A stretch of DNA of 64,000 bases from Ignavibacteriota bacterium (lineage in GTDB: Bacteria > Bacteroidota > Ignavibacteria > UBA10030), in the NCBI GenBank assembly GCA_963727825.1, contig CAVSHO010000009.1:640001-704000 (forward strand), given 5' to 3'. This document shows, piece after piece, positions 11,147 to 22,049 of this stretch. A program made the position numbers and the translations under genes. Position 1 is the stretch's first letter. Every line of letters begins with the position of its first letter. The notes under the pieces are model-generated. The model was not told the DNA's origin. It saw only the letters and a program-made list of their open reading frames with translations, and did no database searches.

Positions 11147-12082
11147 CTATTGAATGATTGAATACATATATCGATACAACTCCCTCCACTCATCTTGGGA
11201 CAAAAGAGCGACAGTTGGTTTAAATCCAAGATAAATCGGGTCGGAAGATATATCCTTAATAAACTCATCTACATTCCGTACATTATTTTTCATGTGGTGA
11301 ACGCTTATGATTACCTTTGTTTTGTCTAACGAGATACGTTTTAATATTTCCGCACCGATAGTTTCTGATGCATCCATTGTTCTTCTGACTTCCTGAATCT
11401 TTGCGATGAACGGATCATTCTCCTTGGTTACAATTTGCATTGCCTTTTTGATCGGTATTTGCCCAGCAACGTTCATTCCTTTGGAAAGTTGATACACAGC
11501 ATCAAGTTGTTTTAATTCCTCCGGAGAATCCTGAGGTTGATTGTTCGCAAGTGTTCGTGTATAGTGAATCAAAGCAAATCTATCTTCAGGAGGCATATAA
11601 TTATATGATGCCATGCCGCTCCCGGTAATTCCCTCTTCCAGTGTTTTATATATCTGCGAAACTTTTGAGCCGTTTTTCCAGCCAGTAAGTGAATGAAAAT
11701 TACGAGGTTTCGGATTTAGCATAGATGCCGATGGCCCGTCGCCTTGGCCGTTTTCGCCATGACATGCAACGCAATTTGCTTTGAATAATTCTTGTCCTCT
11801 ATTGATAAATTCCGGTGTAGAGACACCAGCCTTCATTACGTCTACTGGCGGAATAACACGCGGACTCTGCAAAGGAATATCCTTTATCAAAGCTACTGAA
11901 TCTTGCAAAACCGATGGATTGACTGCGTTCTTCCCAATCGTACTCAGATTCCAAATATAAAGCAACCCAATGCCTACCAAGATGATAATAACATATATGT
12001 ATGAATAGCCAAATAATTTCTCCGGCTTTCTTACAAAATCCATCCAATCAATCTCATCTTTATAGTGTGGTGTTTGATCCAT
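11147..12082 (-). CDS. Membrane-anchored monoheme cytochrome c
   Basis: N-terminal TM, CVACHG..GQGDGP, PKPRNF, GSGMASY distal Met; extra C-terminal domain. Confidence 0.88.
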   Translation of the reverse strand: MDQTPHYKDEIDWMDFVRKPEKLFGYSYIYVIIILVGIGLLYIWNLSTIGKNAVNPSVLQDSVALIKDIPLQSPRVIPPVDVMKAGVSTPEFINRGQELFKANCVACHGENGQGDGPSASMLNPKPRNFHSLTGWKNGSKVSQIYKTLEEGITGSGMASYNYMPPEDRFALIHYTRTLANNQPQDSPEELKQLDAVYQLSKGMNVAGQIPIKKAMQIVTKENDPFIAKIQEVRRTMDASETIGAEILKRISLDKTKVIISVHHMKNNVRNVDEFIKDISSDPIYLGFKPTVALLSQDEWRELYRYMYSIIQ

Positions 12083-12101
12083 TGTTCTTTTCTATCAACA
12101 A

Positions 12102-13286
12102 TTACAGTCGAAATTCTAATCCGCGTCCGAGCTTCGGGTCGCCGATTGGTATTAAATTCTGCCGCTTCATCTTCCACACAAAAACGATACATACCAAGCC
12201 TATAATGAGAATAGGAAAACTGATTTCCATCCAAGTCAATACCGGAGATGCGCTAAAACTCGGCATGACAAGCCAATACAAATCGAGCAGATGAGCAAAG
12301 AGCAACCAAATGGATATAAACTTCAGCCGTTTCAGATCCATCTTTGAATCCTGAGATAACAGCATAAAATACGGGACAGCAAAATGGACAACAATAAGGA
12401 GGATCGAGATATACTCCCAGCCGTTTTTCCAGCGAGCAATAAACCAGTATGTTTCTTCCGGCAAGTTCGCATACCAGATGAGCAGAAATTGACTGAAGGC
12501 TATGTATGCCCAGAAGTTGACAAAAACAAACATTAATGTGCCGAGGCTGTAAAAATGATCACGCCTCAATTGCGGAAAATATCCATGCACGTGCAGTTTT
12601 ACGATGATATATGTCGCGGCTGATACTCCCGCTAAAACAGTGCCGGAAAAATAATACACTCCATAAATTGTTGAATACCAATGCGGTTCTAAACTCATCG
12701 CCCAATCAATTGCAATTGAAGTCAATCCAATTGCAAAAGTTGGAATAAAAGCCGCAGCGAGGCCAATATTGAATTTAGTACGCTTCTGATCTTTATCGGT
12801 ATCCTGCTTTAGCGAATTCCGTGTAAACAAATAAAAGAAAAGTGTCCACGATCCGAAAATAACAACAAACCGGACTGTAAAAAAGTTTACGTTCAGGTAC
12901 GGTTCTTTTACTTTCAGCAAAGTATCATGTGCAACTGTTTCTGTATTCACCCATGGAAAGAGATCGTGCAGATGGAAAAAAAGCGGCAATGCCATTAGCG
13001 CTGCGAAAGGAATTAAAGAAGCAAGGAACTCATTCACTCGCCGCATCGGAACACTCCAGACGGCCCCAGCGATATATTCGAGTGCGATGAGGAATAAGGC
13101 ACCGGCACCGACACTTGTGAGAAAAAGAAAATTCACTACGTGTTCAAATGCTGCATGTCGAACATCCACCAGATAACCGATTGCATAACACGCTATACCC
13201 GACATAAGAAGCCCCCAACCAATTCTGCCGATTATCGCAGGCAAAGGTTTCTTAAACGATTCTGTTGAAGAAGGTGGGCCGATCAT
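12102..13286 (-). CDS. actF: Alternative complex III subunit ActF
   Basis: DWAMSLEPHWYSTIYG and FWAYIAFSQFLLIWYANLPEE motifs. Confidence 0.92.
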   Translation of the reverse strand: MIGPPSSTESFKKPLPAIIGRIGWGLLMSGIACYAIGYLVDVRHAAFEHVVNFLFLTSVGAGALFLIALEYIAGAVWSVPMRRVNEFLASLIPFAALMALPLFFHLHDLFPWVNTETVAHDTLLKVKEPYLNVNFFTVRFVVIFGSWTLFFYLFTRNSLKQDTDKDQKRTKFNIGLAAAFIPTFAIGLTSIAIDWAMSLEPHWYSTIYGVYYFSGTVLAGVSAATYIIVKLHVHGYFPQLRRDHFYSLGTLMFVFVNFWAYIAFSQFLLIWYANLPEETYWFIARWKNGWEYISILLIVVHFAVPYFMLLSQDSKMDLKRLKFISIWLLFAHLLDLYWLVMPSFSASPVLTWMEISFPILIIGLVCIVFVWKMKRQNLIPIGDPKLGRGLEFRL

Positions 13287-14442
13287 TTTAAGTCGGACTC
13301 CTTTGCATTTTGCGCCCGCTGGAGAACACGAATATAATTGATGATCGCCCAGCGTTCTTCTGGAGAAATTTGAGGGGCATAGCTCGGCATGGCATTCTGC
13401 CCTTCAGTGATAACATGATAAATTCTTCCATCTGTCCAATTGCGAATTTTCTCCGAATGCAGAGTTGGCGGATTGGGGAATTGTCCCTGCAAGCGGCTGT
13501 CGCCGCGCGCGAAGTTGCCGTGACACGGACTGCAGAAGGTAAGATATTTTGACTTTCCCTTGTCCAGCACTTCTTTTGTAGGCAGCAATGGATCAACGAG
13601 ATATTTTCCGGCGTCTTCAGGTTTACCTTTGAATGGATACGGCATAAATCCGCTCGCTATAGTTCCTTCCACCGGCTGCCGCATTCCAATGCCATTCTTA
13701 AACAATTCGCTCGGCTGTTGTGCTTTCAACTTGTTCTGCACCATCATCCAATTAAAAGGCTGCATATAAAGGAGTTTGTTCAGTGTGAAATATGATGCTC
13801 CAGAAACTGTCAGCGCAACGACGATAAGAACACCGATAAATTTCAAATCGAAAAGCTGTTGTCCGTGATCGAGTTCTTCCGGTTCAAAATATACAGATGT
13901 AATTTCTTCTCCCCCTATTGATTTGAGAAATTCTCTTACTCGTTTTTCATCAAACTTCGTATCTTCTGCCTGGATACTGAGACCAAACTTGTCGGAGGAA
14001 ACCTGCTTCATATATCGTGTGTCATGCAGGGGGTGCGCATTGTTCGGAAATTTAAAATAGAGAACGATCATCGTCAATGTAGAAAGGACAGACGCAAACA
14101 AGACCATTACTTCGAATGAGACAGGTACAAATGCAGGCCACGACCAGAATGGTTTTCCGCCGATGACGAGCGGGTAATCGGAGATTGTTATCCACGAAAT
14201 AAATGTAACAGCGCCTAATGCACCAAGCAGACCGAATGCGAATGCAAAGTAACCGATCATCGATGTCTTTAATCGCATCGCATGGTCACATGCCATGAAC
14301 AGGGTACGGTGTATGCACATCGAACTTAGTATATCCGGCATTACTTGTTTTTTCTGCTGCATGAATAATTTCATCCGGTGAATTGAACAAAGCTGTTATC
14401 GAATACAATGGTTTTTGCTTAATAGATAGTTTCTTGTTCAAT
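13283..14442 (-). CDS. Alternative complex III fused ActD-ActE (DUF3341 + monoheme cytochrome c); extra base at ~14288
   Basis: [11 protein letters not shown]|[13 protein letters not shown] and [13 protein letters not shown] (ActD), then [14 protein letters not shown] and GQNAMPSY (ActE). The N-terminus is in the actC frame and the remainder in the +1 frame. Confidence 0.85.
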
Positions 14443-15809
14443 GATTGTTTAGTCTGTGCACCATCGATCACTGCCTTCAATTCCGCCATCGCTACCGTCG
14501 GCAGGAAGCGGACAAAGAGCAATACACAGGTGAAAAACAAACCGAATCCAAGCGATAAAATTCCATAGTCATAGAGTGTCGGTGAAAAATGGCCCCAACT
14601 CGACGGTAAAAAATCCCGCGAAAGAGACGTGACAATAATGACATACCTTTCAAACCACATGCCGACATTCACAAAAATACCGATGATAAACATAAAAGGA
14701 ACATATGTGCGAATTTTTTTGAACCAAAATCCCTGAACAAAAATAACATTGCAGGAAACCATCGTCCAGTATGCCCATGCGTACGGCCCGAGTGCACGGT
14801 TGAGGAACACAAACCTCTCGAACTGGCTTCCGCTGTACCATGCCATGAAAAATTCCATTGCGTACGCATATCCAACCATACTGCCGGTAAGAAGCATGAC
14901 CTTGTTCATGTTTTCAAGATGTTTTATCGTGATGATATGTTCGAATTTGAACATCTTCCGAACAACAACAAGCACGTTCTGCACCATCGCAAAGCCGGAG
15001 AAAACCGCACCGGCAACAAAGTACGGCGGGAAGATTGTCGAATGCCAGCCGGGTAAAATCGAAACTGCAAAGTCAAAGCTCACAATAGTATGCACCGAGA
15101 GCACGAGCGGCGTGGCAAAACCTGCAAGGATAAGATACAACCGTTCATAATGTGTCCAATGACGATTCGAAAACCGCCAGCCCAGACTGAGAATGGAATA
15201 GATTATTTTCTTGTATTTATTTTCTGCCCGATCACGCAATGTAGCAAAGTCCGGTATGAGGCCAAGATACCAAAAGACAAACGAAACGGCGAAATATGTC
15301 GAGACAGCAAACACATCCCACACAAGCGGCGAGTTGAAGTTAATCCACAATCCATGTTGATTGGGATACGGGAAGAGATATCCCATCAGCCAGACACGAC
15401 CAAGATGTGTCACGGTCACAAACATGCCGGCGCACATGACTGCAAAGATAGTCATTGCCTCCGCAAAGCGCGCAATGGCATTCCGCCACCGCTGACGCAT
15501 GAGAAATAGAATGGCTGAAATAAGCGTACCTGCATGACCAATTCCAACCCAAAAAACGAAATTTGTAACGTCAAACGCCCATGCAACTGGCTGATTGAAC
15601 CCTGCCACTCCAAGCCCCTTCAACTGGATCATTGTTACCGCAAAGAGTCCAAACGACAACACGGAAAGCGATATAGCGAATGCGATCCACCAACGTTTCG
15701 AAGGGAAGCGGATGAGCGGAGCTTCTATTGCCGCGTCAATGTCCGCCGATGCAACCGGCTGCGTTGTAATCTGTGGTTCTTTTGTATAATCAATAACCGC
15801 GGAAGTCAA
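14438..15809 (-). CDS. actC: Alternative complex III subunit ActC (NrfD/PsrC family); as sequenced it reads through into ActD
   Basis: [45 protein letters not shown] and GMWFERY motifs. Removing one T at 14440/14441 gives TGA overlapping an ATG for ActD. Confidence 0.93.
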
Positions 15810-18800
15810 CCTGATTTCTCCGATTCAACATTACGCAATTTGGCAAGGTACGTTACATTCGGACGCACATTCGTCTCTTCCAGCACATGATACCCCAGTG
15901 TATGCGTCCGGTACTTCGACACTTCTGAATTCGAGTCATTCATATCTCCAAACACAATCGCTGTCGCAGGACATGCTTCCTGGCACGCCGTTTTTACATC
16001 GCTGCCTTTAAGCTCACGTCCTTGTTCGATTGCATATTGCCGCGCTTCCATAATTCGCTGGATGCAGAAGGTACATTTTTCCATCACGCCGCGCGAGCGA
16101 ACAGTGACTTCCGGATTATGCACAAGACTCACCGGTTGTTGCTCATAATATCCAGCAGCAAAATTAGTATGCCAATTATAGAAATTAAAGCGACGTACCT
16201 TATAGGGACAGTTGTTCGAACAATACTTTGTTCCAACGCAGCGATTATACACCATTTGATTAAGGCCGTCAGGACTATGATTGGTCGCTGCAACAGGACA
16301 TACATTTTCACAGGGTGCATTATCGCACTGCTGACATAACATCGGTTGATGGCTTAATAATGGATCTGCGTCGATTCCTGAATAATATCGATCGATGCGA
16401 ATCCATTGCATCGCACGCCCTTTTGCTGTTTGTTCTTTACCAACCACGGGAATATTGTTTTCCACATTACATCCCGCTACACAAACATTGCATCCGATAC
16501 ATTTATTCAGATCGATGGACATTGCCCATTTGACACCTTTATATTCGATTTCCTTGGTAATGCTGGGCAATTTTGTTTTTTCTTCATGGAAGAAATTCGG
16601 ATTCTTTTCGTACTCAGCGAGGGTTTCCTCACGGATAATTTTTCTCTTGAGATGCAGATCCTTCGTGAATTCATCGTCGAGCGAATGATGCTCTTGTGTA
16701 GAAACAAGTTCGTACTTCTCCACGGTTTTAGCTATTATCGCCCCCGTAAAAACGTGTGGGCCAGTGAATGATGCTTTCGTAAGCAATGGACATGCATTCA
16801 CTCCGACATTACTTCCAATGGGGCCAGCGTTAGTTCGTCCATACCCGAGTGAAATAGAAATACAATCATCTGCCTGCCCAGGCTGCAAAAAAACTGGTAC
16901 CGATAAAGACCCTTGTGGCAGCTTCACTTCAACTATATCGTTATTCTTGAGGTTAAGAGACCATGCTGTTTTTGGCGAGATTGCAGCATAATTATCCCAC
17001 ACAATCTTTGATATCGGATCCGGCAACTCCTGAAGCCACCCGTTGTTTGCAAACTCACCATCTCCAATAAAAGAACTTTCCGTTAATGCAACCGCCGTTC
17101 CAGAAACCGGCACGAGCGCAATTGAGGTGAGCGCACCGGTATTAAACTTTCTGTCGTTCTTCATCGGTTCATGAAACTTTACAACTCCATCATGCAAAGA
17201 GGAATACCAGAACGTCTTGAAATCAACTTTAAGCTTGAGCATCGGGAATACTTCCTTTTCCCAGCGGCTCATGAGATATTCGTGGTAGATCGTTTCCTTG
17301 TAAGGCTCATTTTTATTCATCCAAGAAAGCAAGACTGCTTCTTTTTGCCGCGTATCATATAAAGGAGCAATGACTGGCTGCTGTAGAGAAATAATTCCAC
17401 TCCTTACTTGATAATCACCCCACGATTCGAACGCATGATGAATCGGGAGCACGAAGGTACAGTGCCGGGATGTCTCGTTCTCCGACTCAACAAGGCTGAT
17501 GCTGAGTGGAGTGGATTTCAACGCCTTTTCATAATCAAATTCTTTGGGAAAATGATAGAGAGGATTTGAATCAAAGTGGACGACAATCCCAACTCTTCCT
17601 GATTTCATCCCGCTGATAAGCACTTCTATTTCTTCAGAGGATGATAACGGCATACTATTTATTGTACGATGTTCCTTCTGGAAAAGGGTTATATTGCCAA
17701 GAAGTTCATTCAGATAGTTCACGGCAATATGCACTTCTTCCGAGAGAATGTCCCCGGCATAGATCATTGCCTCACCGCGATGGGTCTTTAAATCGTCGAT
17801 AAGGCGTTGCAGTATCTCAGTTGAAAGTTCATAGTTCTGTGCAACATCTTGAAGAGACGGGCTCGACGGGAAGTTATTGCCACCGAGTTCCTTTGCAAGT
17901 GCTAAGACAAATTCCACCTGTGCATCCGGTCGGAGCCGCAGTCTATAATCTGCATTGGCACCAGTCAGAGACATTGCACCTTCCATACAGTACAGACGGT
18001 TGAAGGTTTTAGATTTCATGATATCCCGGGCATTCGTGAATTTGCGGATTTGTTCGACCACCATTCCATCCGTCCCAAGGAAATCGGATTCTAACGCAAG
18101 AATAATTTTTGCTTTTTCCCACTCAACAACCGGCAAATCCAATGAACCATAACATTTATGCCATGCTTTTCTTCGTGGTTCATCATTCAAAAGCGAGTAG
18201 CTGTAGACTTTTGTTGTTGGGTACTTTGATTTAAATTCATCCAATAGTTTTTTTGTTGTCGGCGAATTGATTTCTCTTGTCACAACTGCAATTTCTTTTC
18301 CGCTGTGAACGGCATCAGTAAGACTTCGAATAATCTCTTCATCTATCTGCTTCCAGGATGCATCTCCATGTTTATCGGAAGCACCTGCATAGTGCGGTGT
18401 GCGCAAACGAAATGGATCGTAGAGATTCAGAACGCTTGCCTGTCCTTTTGCGCAAATTTTTCCGCGGTTGATGGGATGGTCCGTGTTGCCGTCAATTTTA
18501 ATAGGACGGCCTTCACGTGTTTTGATAAAAATGCCGCATGCTTGTGAACATCCCGTACAGGTAGAAGCATAATAATTCGGAACACCTGGGGTTACTTCTT
18601 CAGGTTTTTTTGTATACGGAACGATTTCACCTTTGTCCCGATAGTTTGAACACCCGGCTGCTGTAAACGCAGCGGAAGCAGCAAGCAGCGCAAGAAATTG
18701 TTTGCGTGACATTCCTGACATTTCCGACGGAGAAAAATCATCTGTCGCACCATCAAAAAACTCATGCATTTCTGGTGAAGCATTAGATTTTTGTGTATCC

Positions 18801-18841
18801 AATTCACGGAGGCTTTTCCAATATTTCGGATTATGCACCAT
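15806..18841 (-). CDS. actB: Alternative complex III subunit ActB (molybdopterin-oxidoreductase-like domain + Fe-S domain)
   Basis: YWKSLREL N-terminus, Tat-variant SRKQFL and lipobox AAGC; [33 protein letters not shown] and CTFC...CQEACP Fe-S motifs. Confidence 0.95.
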   Translation of the reverse strand: MVHNPKYWKSLRELDTQKSNASPEMHEFFDGATDDFSPSEMSGMSRKQFLALLAASAAFTAAGCSNYRDKGEIVPYTKKPEEVTPGVPNYYASTCTGCSQACGIFIKTREGRPIKIDGNTDHPINRGKICAKGQASVLNLYDPFRLRTPHYAGASDKHGDASWKQIDEEIIRSLTDAVHSGKEIAVVTREINSPTTKKLLDEFKSKYPTTKVYSYSLLNDEPRRKAWHKCYGSLDLPVVEWEKAKIILALESDFLGTDGMVVEQIRKFTNARDIMKSKTFNRLYCMEGAMSLTGANADYRLRLRPDAQVEFVLALAKELGGNNFPSSPSLQDVAQNYELSTEILQRLIDDLKTHRGEAMIYAGDILSEEVHIAVNYLNELLGNITLFQKEHRTINSMPLSSSEEIEVLISGMKSGRVGIVVHFDSNPLYHFPKEFDYEKALKSTPLSISLVESENETSRHCTFVLPIHHAFESWGDYQVRSGIISLQQPVIAPLYDTRQKEAVLLSWMNKNEPYKETIYHEYLMSRWEKEVFPMLKLKVDFKTFWYSSLHDGVVKFHEPMKNDRKFNTGALTSIALVPVSGTAVALTESSFIGDGEFANNGWLQELPDPISKIVWDNYAAISPKTAWSLNLKNNDIVEVKLPQGSLSVPVFLQPGQADDCISISLGYGRTNAGPIGSNVGVNACPLLTKASFTGPHVFTGAIIAKTVEKYELVSTQEHHSLDDEFTKDLHLKRKIIREETLAEYEKNPNFFHEEKTKLPSITKEIEYKGVKWAMSIDLNKCIGCNVCVAGCNVENNIPVVGKEQTAKGRAMQWIRIDRYYSGIDADPLLSHQPMLCQQCDNAPCENVCPVAATNHSPDGLNQMVYNRCVGTKYCSNNCPYKVRRFNFYNWHTNFAAGYYEQQPVSLVHNPEVTVRSRGVMEKCTFCIQRIMEARQYAIEQGRELKGSDVKTACQEACPATAIVFGDMNDSNSEVSKYRTHTLGYHVLEETNVRPNVTYLAKLRNVESEKSG

Positions 18842-19043
18842 GAGATTTTTCTTCCTTATTCGAGCGTGGAATCGCTAACGGATTGATTTTAACCTGAATT
18901 GCTTTATTGCTCTTTATAAGAGCGGTCGAGCGCTCAATACCCGGGAAAAGATTTCCAGCTACCCATCCTCCGGCGATACCGCCAAAAATTCGTATTATAA
19001 AGGAACGACGCTTATACACGTTTTTATCTTCTATTGTTTTCAT
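18831..19043 (-). CDS. Small (70 aa) hypothetical protein with twin-arginine-like motif, inside the act operon
   Basis: MKTIEDKNVYKRRSFIIRIFGGIAGGWVAGNLF; fills the actA-actB gap, and its end overlaps the actB start. Confidence 0.7.
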   Translation of the reverse strand: MKTIEDKNVYKRRSFIIRIFGGIAGGWVAGNLFPGIERSTALIKSNKAIQVKINPLAIPRSNKEEKSHGA

Positions 19044-19053
19044 ATTCAATTGT

Positions 19054-19623
19054 TTACCGATGACACGCATAACAATTTTCGGGTCCAATTTTAATGCCGT
19101 GGATATTTGTCAGCAATGTTGGCGCATTGCGATGACAATTCAAGCATGCCGCCATAGTAAATTCCGATACCTGCATTGCACCATCCATATCCTCTACTTT
19201 ACCATGGCAGCTTGCACATTCAATTCCTTTGTTAATATGTACACTGTGATTGAAATACGCATAATCAGGAATACGATGAACACGTTTCCATGGAATGGCA
19301 ATACCTTCATTATAATATTTTGTGAGTTTGACGATTTCCGGCTTGTCTTTCTGTGCTATTGCATGACAATTCATGCAAGTTGCGACAGATGGAATAGTCG
19401 CATGTGGAGAACTATCAACAGCCGTATGGCAGTACTTACAATCAATTTGCATAGTCCCGGCATGGAGCTTATGCGAGAATGCAATTGGCTGAATTGGTGA
19501 ATATCCTACTCCGTCGCGTTCGGCACGAGAATAGAAGTATGTGATGATGAAAAACAGTGCTACGACAAATAGAATGATGGGGAGTCGAATGCGTAGCGTG
19601 TAATCAAGGAGCGCTTTTTTCAT
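19054..19623 (-). CDS. actA: Alternative complex III pentaheme cytochrome c ActA
   Basis: N-terminal TM, QPIAFSHKLHAG and five CXXCH motifs (CKYCH, CMNCH, CASCH, CLNCH, CYACH). Confidence 0.95.
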   Translation of the reverse strand: MKKALLDYTLRIRLPIILFVVALFFIITYFYSRAERDGVGYSPIQPIAFSHKLHAGTMQIDCKYCHTAVDSSPHATIPSVATCMNCHAIAQKDKPEIVKLTKYYNEGIAIPWKRVHRIPDYAYFNHSVHINKGIECASCHGKVEDMDGAMQVSEFTMAACLNCHRNAPTLLTNIHGIKIGPENCYACHR

Positions 19624-19700
19624 AAACGTTCGGTGTACATTTTTCTATCTTTCAATTATATCGGCAAAACACACCGATAAGATGATAGCTTTCTGAAGCT

Positions 19701-19729
19701 ATCCTACGAAAAAAAAGGTATCAAGTCAA
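19701..19729 (-). promoter_or_regulatory. Putative sigma70 promoter of the act-cox operon
   Basis: Minus strand TTGACT-N17-TAGGAT, ~80 nt upstream of actA. Confidence 0.5.
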
Positions 19730-19864
19730 TTAGTAGATTGAATTACATTCTGAAGTAAAACGGTAAAGAGTTAAAAAATGATTCCAAACAGACTACATTT
19801 CGAAAAACATTTTTATAAAATAAAAAAGAATGGCTTTTACGCAATCGACATGATTGTTGACAAT

Positions 19865-19893
19865 TTGCAATAGCAGAGAAGAATACGTAAATT
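19865..19893 (+). promoter_or_regulatory. Putative sigma70 promoter of tRNA-Val
   Basis: TTGCAA-N17-TAAATT ending 16 nt before the tRNA. Confidence 0.5.
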
Positions 19894-19909
19894 TGAGTAG
19901 TATTTTACC

Positions 19910-19984
19910 GGACGCTTAGCTCAGCTGGTTCAGAGCGCTGCCCTTACAAGGCAGAGGTCGTAGGTTCGAACCCCACAGCGTCCA
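19910..19984 (+). tRNA. tRNA-Val (anticodon TAC), CCA not encoded
   Basis: Acceptor stem GGACGCT/AGCGTCC, D arm GCTC-agctggttca-GAGC, anticodon arm CTGCC-ctTACaa-GGCAG, T loop TTCGAAC. Confidence 0.96.
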
Positions 19985-19985
19985 C

Positions 19986-20010
19986 AAAAAAGGCCGTATT
20001 CAACGGGCTT
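19986..20010. terminator. Probable terminator between convergent tRNA-Val and asparaginase
   Basis: Minus strand aagcccgt-tgaat-acggcc followed by a T run. Confidence 0.5.
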
Positions 20011-20039
20011 GTGTATGAACGTTTTTTATATTCTTTCTA

Positions 20040-20528
20040 TTACCTTACCTCTTCAAACTCTCCGGTCTTCCGGTTTTTTTTCACATTATTCCACATAAAA
20101 CAGCGTCCATTCATAACAACATAAACACCACATGAAAGAGTTTGTGCAAACGCGAGTGCGCTGCCAAGATTAAAAAGTCCATCAGAGCTTCCAAACTTGT
20201 ATGGTACCATAGCCCCGGTAAGCACAATGGTCTTCTCAAGACCCGCTTTACCAAGCACCTTTGCCGTTTCTTCCATAGTATCGGTGCCATGTGTGATAAC
20301 TATACGGTCTTCTTTACATTTCCGGCATTGCTCAACAATAATCTGGCGATCTGCATCGGTCATCTCCAGACTATCGACAAGCATTAGAGTACGAATTTCC
20401 ACCGGTACTTTGCATCTACCCAGTTTAAGCATTTCCGGCAAGTGCGTGTCTTTAAAAAAGAGTTTGCCGTCCAGTTCATTATATTCTTTATCAAATGTTC
20501 CGCCTGTAATAAAGATTCTAACTGCCAT
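20040..20528 (-). CDS. Short asparaginase/glutaminase-family protein (N-terminal domain only)
   Basis: ITGGTFDK, DSLEM, VITHGTDTM, VLTGAM and SDGLFN motifs; 162 aa from MAVRIF. Confidence 0.88.
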   Translation of the reverse strand: MAVRIFITGGTFDKEYNELDGKLFFKDTHLPEMLKLGRCKVPVEIRTLMLVDSLEMTDADRQIIVEQCRKCKEDRIVITHGTDTMEETAKVLGKAGLEKTIVLTGAMVPYKFGSSDGLFNLGSALAFAQTLSCGVYVVMNGRCFMWNNVKKNRKTGEFEEVR

Positions 20529-20562
20529 ATATTGCTTCCTATTGATATCAGTTTGTTTCTTC

Positions 20563-21927
20563 TTATATCGGTAGTGAAAAAGTAAAAGTGGACCCATTTC
20601 CAATTTCACTATCCACCCAAATAATACCACCATGGGCTTCGACTATGCGGCGTGTAATCGCAAGTCCCAGTCCAATAGATTTTTCACCTGCAGTGGGCTT
20701 CACGCTGGTGCGGGAAAATTCCTTAAATAGATGCTTCATTTCTTCTACCGGAATGCCTTGTCCCTGGTCTTTTACTGCTATCCATACCTCTTTATTAAAT
20801 ACTTTTACAATGAGAAGAACAGTTGTGTTAGAAAAAGAGTATTTCAATGCGTTCGTGATGAGGTTCGTAAGTACCTGTTTGATCCGAGCTTGATCAATTT
20901 GAAGAACGGGGAGCGACATCGGGAGATCGACCTCAATTTTTATCGACTTTGTATGTGCAAGTACGCGAAGAGAAGCCTGAACGTCATGGAGGAGTTCATC
21001 AATCTTCGTCGGTTCTCGCTTAAGCTGCAAGTTCCCAGTTTCAATTGCAGTTACATCAAGAAGGTCATTTATCAGACCCAGCATGACATCGCTTGTCTGA
21101 TTCATATCATTCATTACTTCTCTTTGATCAGCTGTAAGTTCGCCTAATGCATTAGTAAGGAATAATTCAAGATATCCTTTTATAGCCGAGAGTGGATTAC
21201 GCAAATCGTGCGCAGCCATACCAAGGAATTTATCTTTAAGCTCGTTTAATTCAAGAAGCTGCTGAAGATATCTGCTTTTTTCTACGATTGTGGATAATTG
21301 ATTGGCAATTCGAATAAAAATGTCTTGATGGATTTTTATATACATATCGGGTTTCATGCTGGAAAAAAATAGAAATCCAATAGGTTTTCCCACTGCACTC
21401 AATGGACATGTAAAACTGGAGCGCATTCCTTCTCTTACAATTTTTTGTGTCGATTCGGAGTTAGGATGATTGACAAGGTACATTTCCAAGTTGTTGATTA
21501 TACGCGGCTGTCCTGTTTCCATAATGGCATGTAAACTACTTCCTTCTAGCTCCGCTGAATAGCCTTTAGTAATTTCCATATAATCAGCATCCGAACGTGC
21601 CCAGCATGCTCGCACAATTTTTCCATTCTCTTCAATAAGTGAGCATCCAATGCGATCGTACGGAATGATTGGCCGAAAGGATTCAAAAACATAATTGAGC
21701 ACATCATCTAATAACATTCCGGAATTGATATGCGTGGTGATATTCGTGAGAGTTTTAATTTCCTCAAAACGCTTTTCCAATGAGCGGGCAAGATCTTCAA
21801 GTGCCGCCCCGAGCTCGGCTACCTCGTCTGTTCCTTCTTTTGGAAGGTTGACTTTGAAGCTGCCTTGCTTCATTGCATGTGCAACTTCGACATATTTCAA
21901 GATTCTTGGATCTGTATTAGAGGTCAT
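20563..21927 (-). CDS. Cytoplasmic HAMP-GAF sensor histidine kinase
   Basis: HAMP (DEVAELGAALEDL), GAF region, H-box AAHDLRNPL, N-box NLITNALKYS, DQGQG and GLGL boxes; no TM helix. Confidence 0.9.
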   Translation of the reverse strand: MTSNTDPRILKYVEVAHAMKQGSFKVNLPKEGTDEVAELGAALEDLARSLEKRFEEIKTLTNITTHINSGMLLDDVLNYVFESFRPIIPYDRIGCSLIEENGKIVRACWARSDADYMEITKGYSAELEGSSLHAIMETGQPRIINNLEMYLVNHPNSESTQKIVREGMRSSFTCPLSAVGKPIGFLFFSSMKPDMYIKIHQDIFIRIANQLSTIVEKSRYLQQLLELNELKDKFLGMAAHDLRNPLSAIKGYLELFLTNALGELTADQREVMNDMNQTSDVMLGLINDLLDVTAIETGNLQLKREPTKIDELLHDVQASLRVLAHTKSIKIEVDLPMSLPVLQIDQARIKQVLTNLITNALKYSFSNTTVLLIVKVFNKEVWIAVKDQGQGIPVEEMKHLFKEFSRTSVKPTAGEKSIGLGLAITRRIVEAHGGIIWVDSEIGNGSTFTFSLPI

Positions 21928-22049
21928 AACGATTTTCCCATGGAAAATACATTCAATAAAATAATACAAAACATAACATTGTTTTTTTAGATTCTATTGC
22001 GTGATGGCCATTGTTATATTTGCATAACGCTTTAGTGTTGCTCAATATT

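Noticed and set aside
19961-19976. A-C mismatch in the tRNA-Val T stem
   Set aside because: A single mismatch is tolerated in tRNAs and could be a sequence error; it is insufficient to call a pseudo-tRNA or editing.
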